This document shows, in pieces, positions 7,433 through 15,748 of a DNA stretch of 64,000 nucleotides. Positions within the stretch are counted from its first letter, which is position 1. Every line of letters starts with the position of its first letter. The notes below the pieces were generated by a model. It was given only the letters and a program-made list of their open reading frames with translations, did not search any database and was not told where the DNA came from. This DNA is from Candidatus Omnitrophota bacterium (GTDB taxonomy: Bacteria; Omnitrophota; Gorgyraeia; Gorgyraeales; Gorgyraeaceae). A program made the position numbers and the translations under genes. The stretch spans positions 16,988 through 80,987 of the forward strand of contig JAUSEX010000052.1 in assembly GCA_030649895.1 (NCBI GenBank), read 5' to 3'.

Positions 7433-7557
7433 TATCTGTAATATACATCTTACCATCCGTAGCCAGCATTTTTAAACCGTTACATTTTGTAACGGTTTCA
7501 CTACCCTTTCGCTACTATATAAGACACATCTCAAAGGTGTTTTCTTTCAAAAATTTT
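7433..7557. repeat. Composite repeat unit, copy 1: 25-bp perfect palindrome AAACCGTTACATTTTGTAACGGTTT (7474-7498) followed by the conserved 40-nt motif (7518-7557).
   Basis: Near-identical to the unit at 15623-15748. The palindrome also occurs at 11284-11308 with compensatory changes (GTGAC...GTCAC). Confidence 0.8.
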
Positions 7558-7987
7558 AAAATATTTCATTCCTTAAAATCCCGACTACATACCCCACATT
7601 CCTTAATGGATTATCAGTGCGCATTTTGGAGACTTTTTCAACGGCTTTGCGCACATCATTTTCATTGTATTCTTTCATAATCCTTATGAAATTCTCAACC
7701 ACTTTTGGGCTATAGCCTTTATCTATCATGAAGCTAAGCTCTCTGGCCTTCGCGACTTCGTCCTTTCCATAACGCGCCTCTAATCCAAGCCATTTTTTCT
7801 CCATATCTTTTTCTGAATAAAGTATACCCAGAAGATACTCGCTTGGCTCTCTATCCTCATAACCAGCGCCTTTAGCTACTCTGGCTCTTTTTATCTCCAG
7901 AACACCGTATTTTTCAAGCTCTCTCATGCTAGGGGAAATAGTAGTATGATCCACATGAAAATCCTGCGCCAGTAAATTAAGGCTCAC
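7556..7987 (-). CDS. 'Family A' winged-helix / DnaD-like domain protein, copy 1. GTG start; the N-terminus is fused to a remnant of the PLD gene's 5' region.
   Basis: MRELEKYGVLEIKRARVAKGAGYEDREPSEYLLG (wHTH-like) ... IRIMKEYNENDVRKAVEKVSKMRTDNPLRNVGYVVGILRNE (DnaD-domain-like C-terminus). The open frame extends upstream into 7988-8100 without an ATG. Confidence 0.6.
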   Translation of the reverse strand: MSLNLLAQDFHVDHTTISPSMRELEKYGVLEIKRARVAKGAGYEDREPSEYLLGILYSEKDMEKKWLGLEARYGKDEVAKARELSFMIDKGYSPKVVENFIRIMKEYNENDVRKAVEKVSKMRTDNPLRNVGYVVGILRNEIF

Positions 7988-8160
7988 AGACCACCACGGG
8001 CTATCTTTACTAAGAGATTCTTTATAGACATTGATAAAATACGCGAACTTAGCGCTTTGGCTTAGTTTCCTTGACCAGTCATATTCCCAGTAGGCAAAAT
8101 GGAAGGATAAAAAGAAATTTTAGTGAAGAGTGTTTTCAACCTATAAACATCCTATGCTTA
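7988..8160. repeat. Recombination scar. The 5' leader/signal-peptide region of the PLD gene (AATGGAAGGATAAAAAGAAATTTTAGTGAAGAG...) is fused directly to the family A gene. The PLD body has been deleted in this copy.
   Basis: Sequence 8095-8160 matches 12640-12700/12770-12830 and 16670-16740, which flank PLD genes at the other two module copies. Confidence 0.6.
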
Positions 8161-8163
8161 TGA

Positions 8164-8925
8164 TTATCCATTGCCTATTCTTTTCAAGAGCTCATCCGAG
8201 AATTTCTGGATTTCTTCTCTGGTTACCGGCTCACGATAATACAATTCATCCATCTCGTCCCGGAATCTCTCCTGAGATATACGTAAATTTTCGACTATGC
8301 TTTTTTTGTCTAAAGGCCTGAACATTTCTTTCTTTGCCAGCAATGCCAAAGCGTCATCTATATTCAATCCCAATTTTTTCTGTAATATAACCAAATCATA
8401 CGGATCCCTGGGCCTTGCCCTATCGTTAAGCGTGCGTATTTTCTCGGCAAAAATCTCGCTTGTGTCCATAACCGGACAGGAAAGCTTAACCCCGTAATAA
8501 TTCTTGTATTCCATTACTTTTGGCTCAAGCAATACTTTTTGATTAGTGTTTATATCTACCTCGATTGTATCCGGCTGGGCTAATACACCGCGGTATTGCA
8601 CGGAAAACGCTAACCCGAATTTTTTCTCTTCTATATCCTTTAATTTAAATATTTCAAAATCTGAAAATAGACTCTCCACGTCGGATAGCTTTAATTTAGT
8701 CTTCGAAGTAAAATCCAGGTCTTTCGAGAAACGAATCTGGTCCAAATAGCAGTGATAGATGGCTGTCCCGCCTTTAAAGACAAGCGCGTCTTTTAATTCA
8801 GAACCGTAAATAATACTTAAGATTACCGCTAAGAAATAATCCTTTTCAGCATCCTGCAAATTATATTTAAGGCCGCGTTTATTTAAGACCTCTAATCGCG
8901 CCCTATCCAACAAATCTATCTTCAT
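8164..8925 (-). CDS. Nucleotidyltransferase, AbiEii toxin family, number 3.
   Basis: DALVFKGGTAIYHCYLDQIRFSKDLDFTSK motif. Overlaps the upstream AbiEi gene. Confidence 0.8.
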   Translation of the reverse strand: MKIDLLDRARLEVLNKRGLKYNLQDAEKDYFLAVILSIIYGSELKDALVFKGGTAIYHCYLDQIRFSKDLDFTSKTKLKLSDVESLFSDFEIFKLKDIEEKKFGLAFSVQYRGVLAQPDTIEVDINTNQKVLLEPKVMEYKNYYGVKLSCPVMDTSEIFAEKIRTLNDRARPRDPYDLVILQKKLGLNIDDALALLAKKEMFRPLDKKSIVENLRISQERFRDEMDELYYREPVTREEIQKFSDELLKRIGNG

Positions 8926-9676
8926 AATATAACCGCCATTTCGCGTTAAATTTCTTTGAATTAGGCGTAAGTTTACTATAACCTTTGGCTCCTACGGTCT
9001 TGCGCAATTCTTCAGTATCTATTTTTAATATATCTAAAATAAATCCTAATTTTCGTCTGGCCGCCTCAGGAAATTTCCGGGCATAGGTAAACAGCCTCCT
9101 AAAATTTATTCTGTCTTTTGCTTTTTGCAGTTTCTCCAGCAGTAAATCTATGGAATAAGTGTCATTTTTAAAATAGAGATAATCTAGAATCACTTTTTCA
9201 AGCTCCGCGACTTTTACGTAGTAGCCTTCTATGTTTTCAGTCTTAAAGCCAAAATACAGCTTTTTGTTTATCTTCAGATACCGATAGGTGTTTTTTTGAA
9301 ACACGTACTTCTTGGACTTAAGATTGGTTACCGATGATACAGTACGCAACATCTGTTCGAAAAGGCCATAATGATTTAAAGCTGAATCCAGCGAAACATA
9401 AGAATCTTTATTAAAGGCATTCGCTATAATAACAGGCGAAATATTCACAAAGCCGCGCGAGGAGATATCTGAGATAAAATAAAGCCCTCTCCTCAAAGGA
9501 ATGAGCCAGCCGTTTTTTTTGAGCTCATAGACCCGCTTCTTGAGGACAAATTTCGAGTATTTCCTGCCTAATGCCTTATGGATATCGTTGGCAGTTACGA
9601 TCTTACCCGAAGCAACAATAATATCTTCTATATCCACAAGTCGTTTTTCCGTTAAAATAGTATTCTTTGAAACCAC
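8903..9676 (-). CDS. AbiEi-family antitoxin / regulator, number 3 (GTG start).
   Basis: VYELKKNGWLIPLRRGLYFISD is an AbiEi_4 winged-helix signature. AAGGGGG RBS. sigma70-like TTGACA(9730-9735)-N17-TTTAAT(9707-9712) upstream. Confidence 0.7.
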   Translation of the reverse strand: MVSKNTILTEKRLVDIEDIIVASGKIVTANDIHKALGRKYSKFVLKKRVYELKKNGWLIPLRRGLYFISDISSRGFVNISPVIIANAFNKDSYVSLDSALNHYGLFEQMLRTVSSVTNLKSKKYVFQKNTYRYLKINKKLYFGFKTENIEGYYVKVAELEKVILDYLYFKNDTYSIDLLLEKLQKAKDRINFRRLFTYARKFPEAARRKLGFILDILKIDTEELRKTVGAKGYSKLTPNSKKFNAKWRLYYEDRFVG

Positions 9677-9706
9677 TTATACACCCCCTTTACGTATCTA
9701 TCTAGA

Positions 9707-9791
9707 ATTAAACCATACAAATATACTTTTGTCAAGTAGCTTTCTTGCATATATAAGACACATCTCAAAGGTGTTTTCTTTCAAAAATTTT
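9707..9791 (-). promoter_or_regulatory. Promoter of AbiEi#3 (TTGACA-N17-TTTAAT), with the conserved 40-nt motif (9753-9791) just upstream of the -35 element.
   Basis: Minus strand: ...TTGAAAGAAAACACCTTTGAGATGTGTCTTATATATGCAAGAAAGCTACTTGACAAAAGTATATTTGTATGGTTTAATTC... Confidence 0.6.
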
Positions 9792-9866
9792 AGTTAAATA
9801 TAACTAATTTATGTAACACCTTTATTTGTAATTAATTGCAACTACTACTTAAAAGTCAATAAGCAG

Positions 9867-10703
9867 CTAATTCAAGAGTTTTTTGCTTTGAGTCTCCTTT
9901 AGATAATTTTCATGCGTTAATACTTTTTTACCGCTCTTTCTTTCCAATTCTTTTCTCGCATTGCCTGCGACAGCGCCGCCCTCTTGGGCCGCTTGCTTAT
10001 TCTCGATAAATCCCTGAGCATTTTTATTTATGGTGATTTCTTTAGTGGATGCCTCTCCAAGCATTGAGAAGATTAATTCCAAGTCATTCATATGATCCCG
10101 CAGATTTTGCCGCTTTAACCCTTTAAACTTTTTATACGCGGATGGAGTCAGGCCAAAAATTGCTTTTGATATCTCAGCGGTTAGGATTTCATATTCTTTG
10201 GGTTTCTTTACGTCTCTTTTTTGCCACTGATCAGTTAGCTCTTCACGTATAGCTATGCCGCGTATTCTCTTTTCTATCCAATCATCACTATAGCCTTTTG
10301 CCTTATATAGTGCCCGCGTTCTCTTTGTCGCCAATTCAGGGTCTTCGATTTCCTTAATCCGCTCATAGCCGACTCTTGCCAGCCACCTCTTAAATGGTTC
10401 AGCTTTAGGCGAAGGGACAGATTGAATAATACGGAATATACCTTCGGTGTTGGCGCAATCTGTTTCATACTTTTTACCATCCAATGCTTCCAATTTCAGT
10501 CCGTGACAAAATGTCACGACCTCGCATCCTTCCGCTGTCAATCTTTGTTTGAGCTTTCTCCAATATGAACCTGCATCTAAGCTCTCGGTAAGAACACCGC
10601 ATACATCCACAACCGAAAACCACCATTCATTCTTGTGAATGGTTTTCCTGATCTCTTTTTTCCGAAAAATAGCAATTTTAGTAACAGCTGTCTCTTTTGT
10701 CAT
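9867..10703 (-). CDS. DinD-like DNA-damage-inducible protein with an N-terminal Bro-N/KilA-N-like domain, copy 1.
   Basis: The N-terminus IAIFRKKEIRKTIHKNEWWFSVVDVCGVLT resembles Bro-N. The C-terminal half (LTDQWQKRDV...YKKFKGLKRQNLRDHMNDLELIFSMLGEASTKEITINKNAQGF...GGAVAGNARKELE) aligns with E. coli DinD (KGLKKNQKILDHMGSTELAANLFRATQTEE...GRKVRQTIQELGG). Confidence 0.7.
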   Translation of the reverse strand: MTKETAVTKIAIFRKKEIRKTIHKNEWWFSVVDVCGVLTESLDAGSYWRKLKQRLTAEGCEVVTFCHGLKLEALDGKKYETDCANTEGIFRIIQSVPSPKAEPFKRWLARVGYERIKEIEDPELATKRTRALYKAKGYSDDWIEKRIRGIAIREELTDQWQKRDVKKPKEYEILTAEISKAIFGLTPSAYKKFKGLKRQNLRDHMNDLELIFSMLGEASTKEITINKNAQGFIENKQAAQEGGAVAGNARKELERKSGKKVLTHENYLKETQSKKLLN

Positions 10704-10747
10704 TTATCCCTCCAGATTTTTAATTACTATATATAAATCTACCCACT

Positions 10748-10847
10748 TCTAACTTAAAAGTCAATAGGCGCTATCCGAATGTGCCTATTGGGCATGCCTT
10801 AAAATCCCCACTAAATATTCAATATTTCTTAACAAAAGTCTCGTTCA
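10748..10847. repeat. Hairpin repeat CAATAGGCgctatccgaatgtGCCTATTG plus a 3' remnant of a family A gene (...TTAAAATCCCCACTAAATAT...).
   Basis: Same element as 5350-5410 (there carrying the nested mini-hairpin) and 25990-26035. The downstream ~40 nt match the last codons of the family A genes. Confidence 0.55.
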
Positions 10848-11485
10848 TTATCTTAGTAGTTTTTTATCATGGGGTAGCTTTATATAACTGTCTTTAGTTA
10901 TAACCTTTTTGCCTGTCTTCGACTCAATTTCTTTTCTCGCTTTCCCCGCAACATGCCCGCCCTGTCGTGCCACCTTTCGATTTTCCCTGAACGTCTTTGG
11001 TTCTTTTGCATTTGAAATTTCAGCAGTGCTGGCCTCCGCAAGCATATTCAAAACAAGCTCCAAATTCGTCATGTTATCGCGCAAATTTTCCTTTTTAAGT
11101 TCTTTAAACTTTTTATATTGCTTGGTCGTTAGGCCTGCCCAGGCAAATGTAATTTCATCAGTCAAAATAGCAAAGTCACCGGCCTCTTTAACGCCGCGCT
11201 TCTGCCATTCATCAGTTAAAGCCTTACGAAGCTCAATGCTTTTTCTGTAACACGCATCTTGCCATCCGCAGCCAGCATTTTCAAACCGTGACATTTTGTC
11301 ACGGTTTCACTGCCTTCTTTTTTAAGGCGTTCTTTTAGCTTTCTCCAATACGCAAGAGGAGATACGCTATCAGTAAGCACTGATATTATATCCGCTACTA
11401 CAAAAAACCATTTTTCTGTCTTTTCGTCCCAACTACGCCTGATTTTCTTACCTTCGAATAGAGCTATCTGAGATTTTTTCTCCAT
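10848..11485 (-). pseudogene. DinD-like gene, copy 2. It is disrupted: split into two ORFs (11216-11485 N-terminal part, 10848-11294 C-terminal part) by a repeat insertion together with a ~70-aa deletion.
   Basis: N-part MEKKSQIALFEGKKIRRSWDEKTEKWFFVVADIISVLT...TKCHGLKMLAADGK and C-part ...LTDEWQKRGVKEAGDFAILTDEI...YKKFKELKKENLRDNMTNLELVLNMLAEAST both align with DinD copies 1 and 3. The segment between them (CANTEGIFRIIQS...IEKRIRG) is missing and replaced by the palindromic element at 11250-11320. Confidence 0.7.
11250..11320. repeat. Inserted copy of the 25-bp palindrome element (AAACCGTGACATTTTGTCACGGTTT at 11284-11308) with flanking CATCTTGCCATCCGCAGCCAGCATTTTC. It disrupts DinD copy 2.
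   Basis: Matches 7440-7500 and 15640-15700, except for two compensatory substitutions that keep the palindrome perfect. Confidence 0.75.
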
Positions 11486-11596
11486 TTATCCCTCCAAATT
11501 TTCATTACAAAGATTTCTATATTAAACACTTTTATTATACCACGCTTTTCAATTCTTCTCTAAGAAACTGCATCATGCGCCACCTCCTCTCTACCC

Positions 11597-11637
11597 TATA
11601 AGACACATCTGGAGGTAGTTTTCTTTCAACTATTTTT
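11597..11637 (-). promoter_or_regulatory. Conserved 40-nt motif, copy e, upstream of the DinD#2 start.
   Basis: TATAAGACACATCTGGAGGTAGTTTTCTTTCAACTATTTTT. Confidence 0.55.
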
Positions 11638-11686
11638 ACTTTTTTGATTTTTTGTGAAAAAGGCAGGTAAAACCAGATTACAAATA

Positions 11687-12061
11687 TTAATCCCTTGCTT
11701 CTTTCCTTAAAATCCCCACTAAATATCCGATATTCCTTAAAGGATTATCCGGACGCATGGAGGAGACTTTTTTGACTGCATTAGCTACATTTTTCTCACC
11801 ATACTCTCGTATAATCCTTATAAGGTTTTCTACTGCTTTGGGATTATAGCCCCTATCTATCATGAAGCTAAACTCTCTTGCCTTGGCCGCTAAGTCTTTT
11901 CCATAACGCTCTTCCATGCCGCGCCATTTTTCCTCCATGTCTTTTTCTGAATAAAGTATACCCAAAAGATACTCGCTTGGCTCTCTATTCTCATAATCAG
12001 CGCCTTTAGCTATCCTAGTTCTTTTTATCTCCAGGACGCCGTATTTCTCAAGCTCTCTCAT
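11687..12061 (-). CDS. 'Family A' winged-helix / DnaD-like domain protein, copy 2 (124 aa).
   Basis: MRELEKYGVLEIKRTRIAKGADYENREPSEYLL...NPLRNIGYLVGILRKEARD. Paralog of 7556-7987 and 15722-16153. Confidence 0.6.
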   Translation of the reverse strand: MRELEKYGVLEIKRTRIAKGADYENREPSEYLLGILYSEKDMEEKWRGMEERYGKDLAAKAREFSFMIDRGYNPKAVENLIRIIREYGEKNVANAVKKVSSMRPDNPLRNIGYLVGILRKEARD

Positions 12062-12252
12062 GCCAGGGGAATTAAAGCCAATGATTTATCCTTTAAGAAC
12101 CTGGCAGGGCATTTGATCATTACAATCTGCGCTTCATCTATAGATCTCTTATCCACAAAAGGCCGTAACTTAAGAATATTCTTTAATTTTTCCTTAGCAT
12201 ACTCTCTGGATATTATTAAATCCGCATTCTCGCTATTTAACCTGAATGCTGA

Positions 12253-12687
12253 CTATGACCAGTTAGAGCTTCCTGATATTACAATATTTTTATCAATGAC
12301 TATTAATTTATCATGAAGCCTTTTACCAGGCATAATAAATTTAACCGGCACGCCCTCTCTATAAAGCGCTAAAAAGGCAGAATCGTTCTTATCTTCATTA
12401 TAGGGTTTACTCCTATCTAAATAGACCTCTACTTTTACACCTCTAGTATGCGCGTTTACTATATCCTGAACCAGCTTATACGCTTCGCTTTCTGTCTTAT
12501 CCAACTCCATGGATATCTCATACATCGCTATATAAAGAGAGTCCTTTGATTTGGAAAGCGCTTCGTGGGCGGCCTGGAAATATTTATCATCGCTTATGTC
12601 TTTAATATCTACCTGAATCGCGAAACTTTTGATTGGAAATAATAAAAATGGAAGGATGAAAATGAAGCCCACCCAGGTTAAAGCCAT
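12253..12687 (-). pseudogene. Secreted PLD-superfamily (Nuc-like, HKD) nuclease, truncated by a nonsense codon immediately after the HKD motif.
   Basis: Signal peptide MALTWVGFIFILPFLLFPIKSFA|IQ; HKD motif HDKLIVIDKNIVISGSSNWS. The TAG directly after NWS corresponds to TAT (Tyr) in the paralog at 16150-16566, whose frame continues ...YSAFRLNSENADLII... for 60 more codons. Confidence 0.6.
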
Positions 12688-12824
12688 GGGTTCTTGTGGG
12701 CGGAATACTGAGCGGCCTGAACATATTCGCACCCTAAAGGGCGTGGTTTTAGGCCGCGAATGTAGAAATTTTAGGGAAGAGTATTTCAATCTATAAACAT
12801 CCTATCAGGCCTATCCGGCACCCC

Positions 12825-13985
12825 TTATAACACATTGCCTGCCCATAGTTCAGACAAAAAATCTCTCCAAGGTATAATCTGTATTTTACCGCTAACCCTT
12901 TTTTCCTTTTCATTACACACAAGCACAGCTTTTTTTGGAGAATATTCCTCAATAAATGCCTTCAATGATTTCAAATCCCTGCCATCAATCCTGCTCGAAC
13001 CTTTTACTTCTATAGCCACTTCTCCCTTTCCAAGCACAAAATCCACCTCCAGCCCTGATTTGGTCCTCCAAAAATTAATATCAAAATCCGACTCGCTGTA
13101 AGAACGGTAGGCGTTTATCTCCATAAGGATTAAATGTTCGAATGCCTTGCCAAACTCTTCTCCCTTAATATCCTCTAAATGCCGCTTAGTCAATATCCCG
13201 CTGACTCCGACATCGAACAAATAATATTTCGGAGCGCTTATAATAACATTACGGCTTTGCCTTCTTTTAAAAGGCTCCAGCCTTATCGCCAATAACGTAT
13301 CCACCAGTATCTGATAATACTCCCTTACGGTCTTCGCGTTTACCCCGCAGTCCCTGGCAATATTTGAATAATTCGTCAACTCTCCGTGCGAATATCCAAT
13401 AGCGTCAAAAAACCTGGAAAACGCCGGAATATTGCGGACGAGCCCTTCGTTGAAGACCTCTTCCTTTAAATAATCCTGAACATATGCTATTAAAGATTTT
13501 CTGTAATTTTTATCATCCAGATAATGCGAAGGCACCATTCCATGGTTTAATGCTCTCAAGAGGTCTACATTCTTAAGCTCAGCGCTTACGAACGGAAAAA
13601 GCTGGTAACGCCATGCCCTGCCCCCCAGTAAATTAGCATGGCCTCTCTTTAACTTCCTGGCGCTCGAACCGCATAATATAAAACTTAAGCCCTTATTTTC
13701 TATCAGCCAGTGAATCTCATCTAGGATTTGAGGAATTTTTTGAACCTCATCTAATATTATAGGCTTAGTTAGACTTTTTTCTTCTTTCGCGAGCAGTCTT
13801 TCGCGGAATAAGGAAGGATTTTTGGATAGCTCAAAAAATAGATCAGTCTTCAGAAAATCATAATATAGACTGTCAGGAAAATGCTCCTTGAGATAGCTGG
13901 TTTTTCCGGTCTTTCTGGGCCCCCATAAAAACGCGGATTGGCCTTTGGGCAGTTTTATTTTTAAAAGCCTTTTTATGTTTTCCAT
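12825..13985 (-). CDS. AAA+ ATPase (AAA_14-like) with a C-terminal DUF4143 / PD-(D/E)xK-like domain, copy 1.
   Basis: Walker A GPRKTGKTS; Walker B ILDEVQ; CGSSARKL; C-terminal ...EVDFVL...IEVK (D..E.K nuclease-like). Confidence 0.8.
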   Translation of the reverse strand: MENIKRLLKIKLPKGQSAFLWGPRKTGKTSYLKEHFPDSLYYDFLKTDLFFELSKNPSLFRERLLAKEEKSLTKPIILDEVQKIPQILDEIHWLIENKGLSFILCGSSARKLKRGHANLLGGRAWRYQLFPFVSAELKNVDLLRALNHGMVPSHYLDDKNYRKSLIAYVQDYLKEEVFNEGLVRNIPAFSRFFDAIGYSHGELTNYSNIARDCGVNAKTVREYYQILVDTLLAIRLEPFKRRQSRNVIISAPKYYLFDVGVSGILTKRHLEDIKGEEFGKAFEHLILMEINAYRSYSESDFDINFWRTKSGLEVDFVLGKGEVAIEVKGSSRIDGRDLKSLKAFIEEYSPKKAVLVCNEKEKRVSGKIQIIPWRDFLSELWAGNVL

Positions 13986-13996
13986 ATAGAACCTTA

Positions 13997-14050
13997 CTCC
14001 TAATTAGTTCGACTAGTTAGGAGTATATCACACAAACTATAAGCTGTCAA
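13997..14050 (-). promoter_or_regulatory. Promoter of AAA#1: TTGACA(14045-14050)-N17-TATACT(14022-14027), followed by an imperfect palindrome CTCCTAATTAGT-tcg-ACTAGTTAGGAG (13997-14023) that overlaps the RBS.
   Basis: Minus strand: cTTGACAgcttatagtttgtgtgaTATACTcctaactagtcgaactaattaggagtaaggttctatATG. Confidence 0.65.
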
Positions 14051-14082
14051 GCGCCTCCTGATTTTTCACATGATCAAAACTC

Positions 14083-15351
14083 TCATCCCAACAACCACTT
14101 ATAAATAGGCTTAACCATTATAACCTTCCCTTCTAACGCAATCTCTTCCTCGGTATCTTCAGTCAAAATAAGCGCAGTTTTCAACTTAAGTTCATCCATG
14201 GCTTTTATCAGCGCATTGAGCTCTCTCGATCTCGTTTTTTCGTTATCTAAATTATCCGCAACCTGAATAAGCAATAGATCATTTTTGCCAGACTTGACCA
14301 AGAAATCAACTTCCAGATTATTTGTGGTCTTATAATAATAAATCTCTTGGAACTTGCGCCTAAGCTCAAGGAATACCAAGTTTTCTAAAAACTTTCCCTT
14401 ATTCTTGGAAAATTGGAATGCGACCGCTTCTGCCAAACCATTGTCGATACAGTAAATCTTCTTAAAGGAGACAAACTGCTGTTTGAGAGAATAAGAAAAC
14501 CTGCTGATGAGGAATATCAAGTAGCTGTTTTCCAAGAAATCCGCGTAGCTCTTGATGGTATTCATGCTGCCTACTCCAAGAACTTTTTTCAGATTATTAT
14601 AAGAGAATGTCCCTCCGAGATTACTCAAAAGATACAGCCCAAGCTCCCTCAATGGTTTAACCTGCTTGATACCATATCTTGCCACGATGTCCCGGTAAAG
14701 AATGTCTTCATATACCCGCTTCAAAAGGGTTGTATCTTGATACTTCAAATACTCGGGCATGCCTCCATGCTTGAGATATTCAGCAAAATGCTTCTTGATA
14801 GCAGCTCTAACTGAGGTCAAAGACAGGCTGTCCTTGGATAACTGGAAACCCTTGAAAGAGAGAAATTCCATAAAAGAGAACGGGAACAATTCAATGTTAA
14901 CGTTTCTGCCTGTCAGTTTCGCGCCAAGCTCCTTGCTAAGCAATGAGGCATTCGAACCTGTGATAAAAAATTTGCATCCCTTACCTTGCATCCGACGCAC
15001 AAACACTTCCCATTGGGGAACGTTCTGAACCTCATCGAAAAAGAAAACCTTTTTATCTCCATACAACTCCAGAAACACCTCGTAAAGATGATTGAAATCC
15101 TCAACATTGAAGTCCACAAGGCGTTCATCTTCAAAATTAAGATAATAAACACCTTTCTTGTAAAGATTACTGATAATCTGATTGAGCAATGTAGACTTGC
15201 CAGAACGGCGCACTCCTGAAACAACTACCGCATGGGGTAAAGTTGCATGCCGTGAAGCAACACTCAATGCTGCCCTTGGAATACCAATATCTATATCCTG
15301 ACGATCTTTTTCTTGTTCAAGAACGATTTCTTTTAATAATGACTTATGCAT
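14083..15351 (-). CDS. AAA+ ATPase (AAA_14-like) with a C-terminal DUF4143 / PD-(D/E)xK-like domain, copy 2.
   Basis: Walker A GVRRSGKST; Walker B FFDEVQ; ITGSNASLL; C-terminal ...EVDFLV...IQV. Confidence 0.8.
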   Translation of the reverse strand: MHKSLLKEIVLEQEKDRQDIDIGIPRAALSVASRHATLPHAVVVSGVRRSGKSTLLNQIISNLYKKGVYYLNFEDERLVDFNVEDFNHLYEVFLELYGDKKVFFFDEVQNVPQWEVFVRRMQGKGCKFFITGSNASLLSKELGAKLTGRNVNIELFPFSFMEFLSFKGFQLSKDSLSLTSVRAAIKKHFAEYLKHGGMPEYLKYQDTTLLKRVYEDILYRDIVARYGIKQVKPLRELGLYLLSNLGGTFSYNNLKKVLGVGSMNTIKSYADFLENSYLIFLISRFSYSLKQQFVSFKKIYCIDNGLAEAVAFQFSKNKGKFLENLVFLELRRKFQEIYYYKTTNNLEVDFLVKSGKNDLLLIQVADNLDNEKTRSRELNALIKAMDELKLKTALILTEDTEEEIALEGKVIMVKPIYKWLLG

Positions 15352-15366
15352 CCTGTCTCCTTATGT

Positions 15367-15416
15367 TCTCACTGTTAATGAGAGTATATCATATATAGTT
15401 CTCATTGTCAATGAGA
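15367..15416 (-). promoter_or_regulatory. Promoter of AAA#2: TTGACA(15406-15411)-N17-TATACT(15383-15388), flanked by two 17-bp palindromic operators TCTCATTGTCAATGAGA (15400-15416, containing the -35) and TCTCACTGTTAATGAGA (15367-15383, at the transcription start).
   Basis: Minus strand: tctcaTTGACAatgagaactatatatgaTATACTctcattaacagtgagaacatAAGGAGAcaggATG. Confidence 0.7.
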
Positions 15417-15622
15417 ATAAGGATCTAAGTTCTTCAAAAATTCTGCAGCCTCTCTCATGAAATCCTCTATTAAGACCTACTGTATTGCTTTCAGCAATTC
15501 CAGATCGTTTAACATCCGATTCAGGCATCTGCACAGAAAGGGTGGTGGCAATTTGCCTCCACCCTTTAGCCAACTACGAATCCCTTTCTATATTATCACT
15601 CAATTCTCTATTAACAATAGCC

Positions 15623-15748
15623 ATATCTGTAATATGCATCTTGCCATCCGCAGCCAGCATTTTCAAACCGTTACATTTTGTAACGGTTTCACTACCCTCT
15701 CGCTACTATATAAGACACATCTCAAAGGTGTTTTCTTTCAAAAATTTT
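15623..15748. repeat. Composite repeat unit, copy 2: 25-bp palindrome (15665-15689) plus the conserved 40-nt motif (15709-15748).
   Basis: About 95% identical to 7433-7557. Confidence 0.8.

Noticed and set aside
12688-12789. N-terminal 34-aa extension of ORF 12253-12789 (MKYSSLKFLHSRPKTTPFRVRICSGRSVFRPQEP...).
   Set aside because: It reads through a GC-rich non-coding leader. The ATG at 12685-12687 gives a classic signal peptide (MALTWVGFIFILPFLLFPIKSFA|IQ), and paralogous loci lack this stretch.
12688-12790. GC-rich (~55%) 105-nt segment unique to the 12-kb PLD locus, as a riboswitch or small RNA.
   Set aside because: Only short, imperfect stems (ATTCGC/GCGAAT, CGGCCT/AGGCCG) are visible, and it does not resemble a known riboswitch class. 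It is more simply an indel that distinguishes module copies and supplies the PLD start codon.
15361-15600. Minus-strand ORF 15361-15573 (70 aa) as a gene.
   Set aside because: It is a degraded internal fragment of a DinD copy-3-type gene (AKGWRQIATTL vs AKGWVQIVHTL), lacking start and Bro-N domain and running into the AAA#2 promoter. Treated as a remnant, not a feature.
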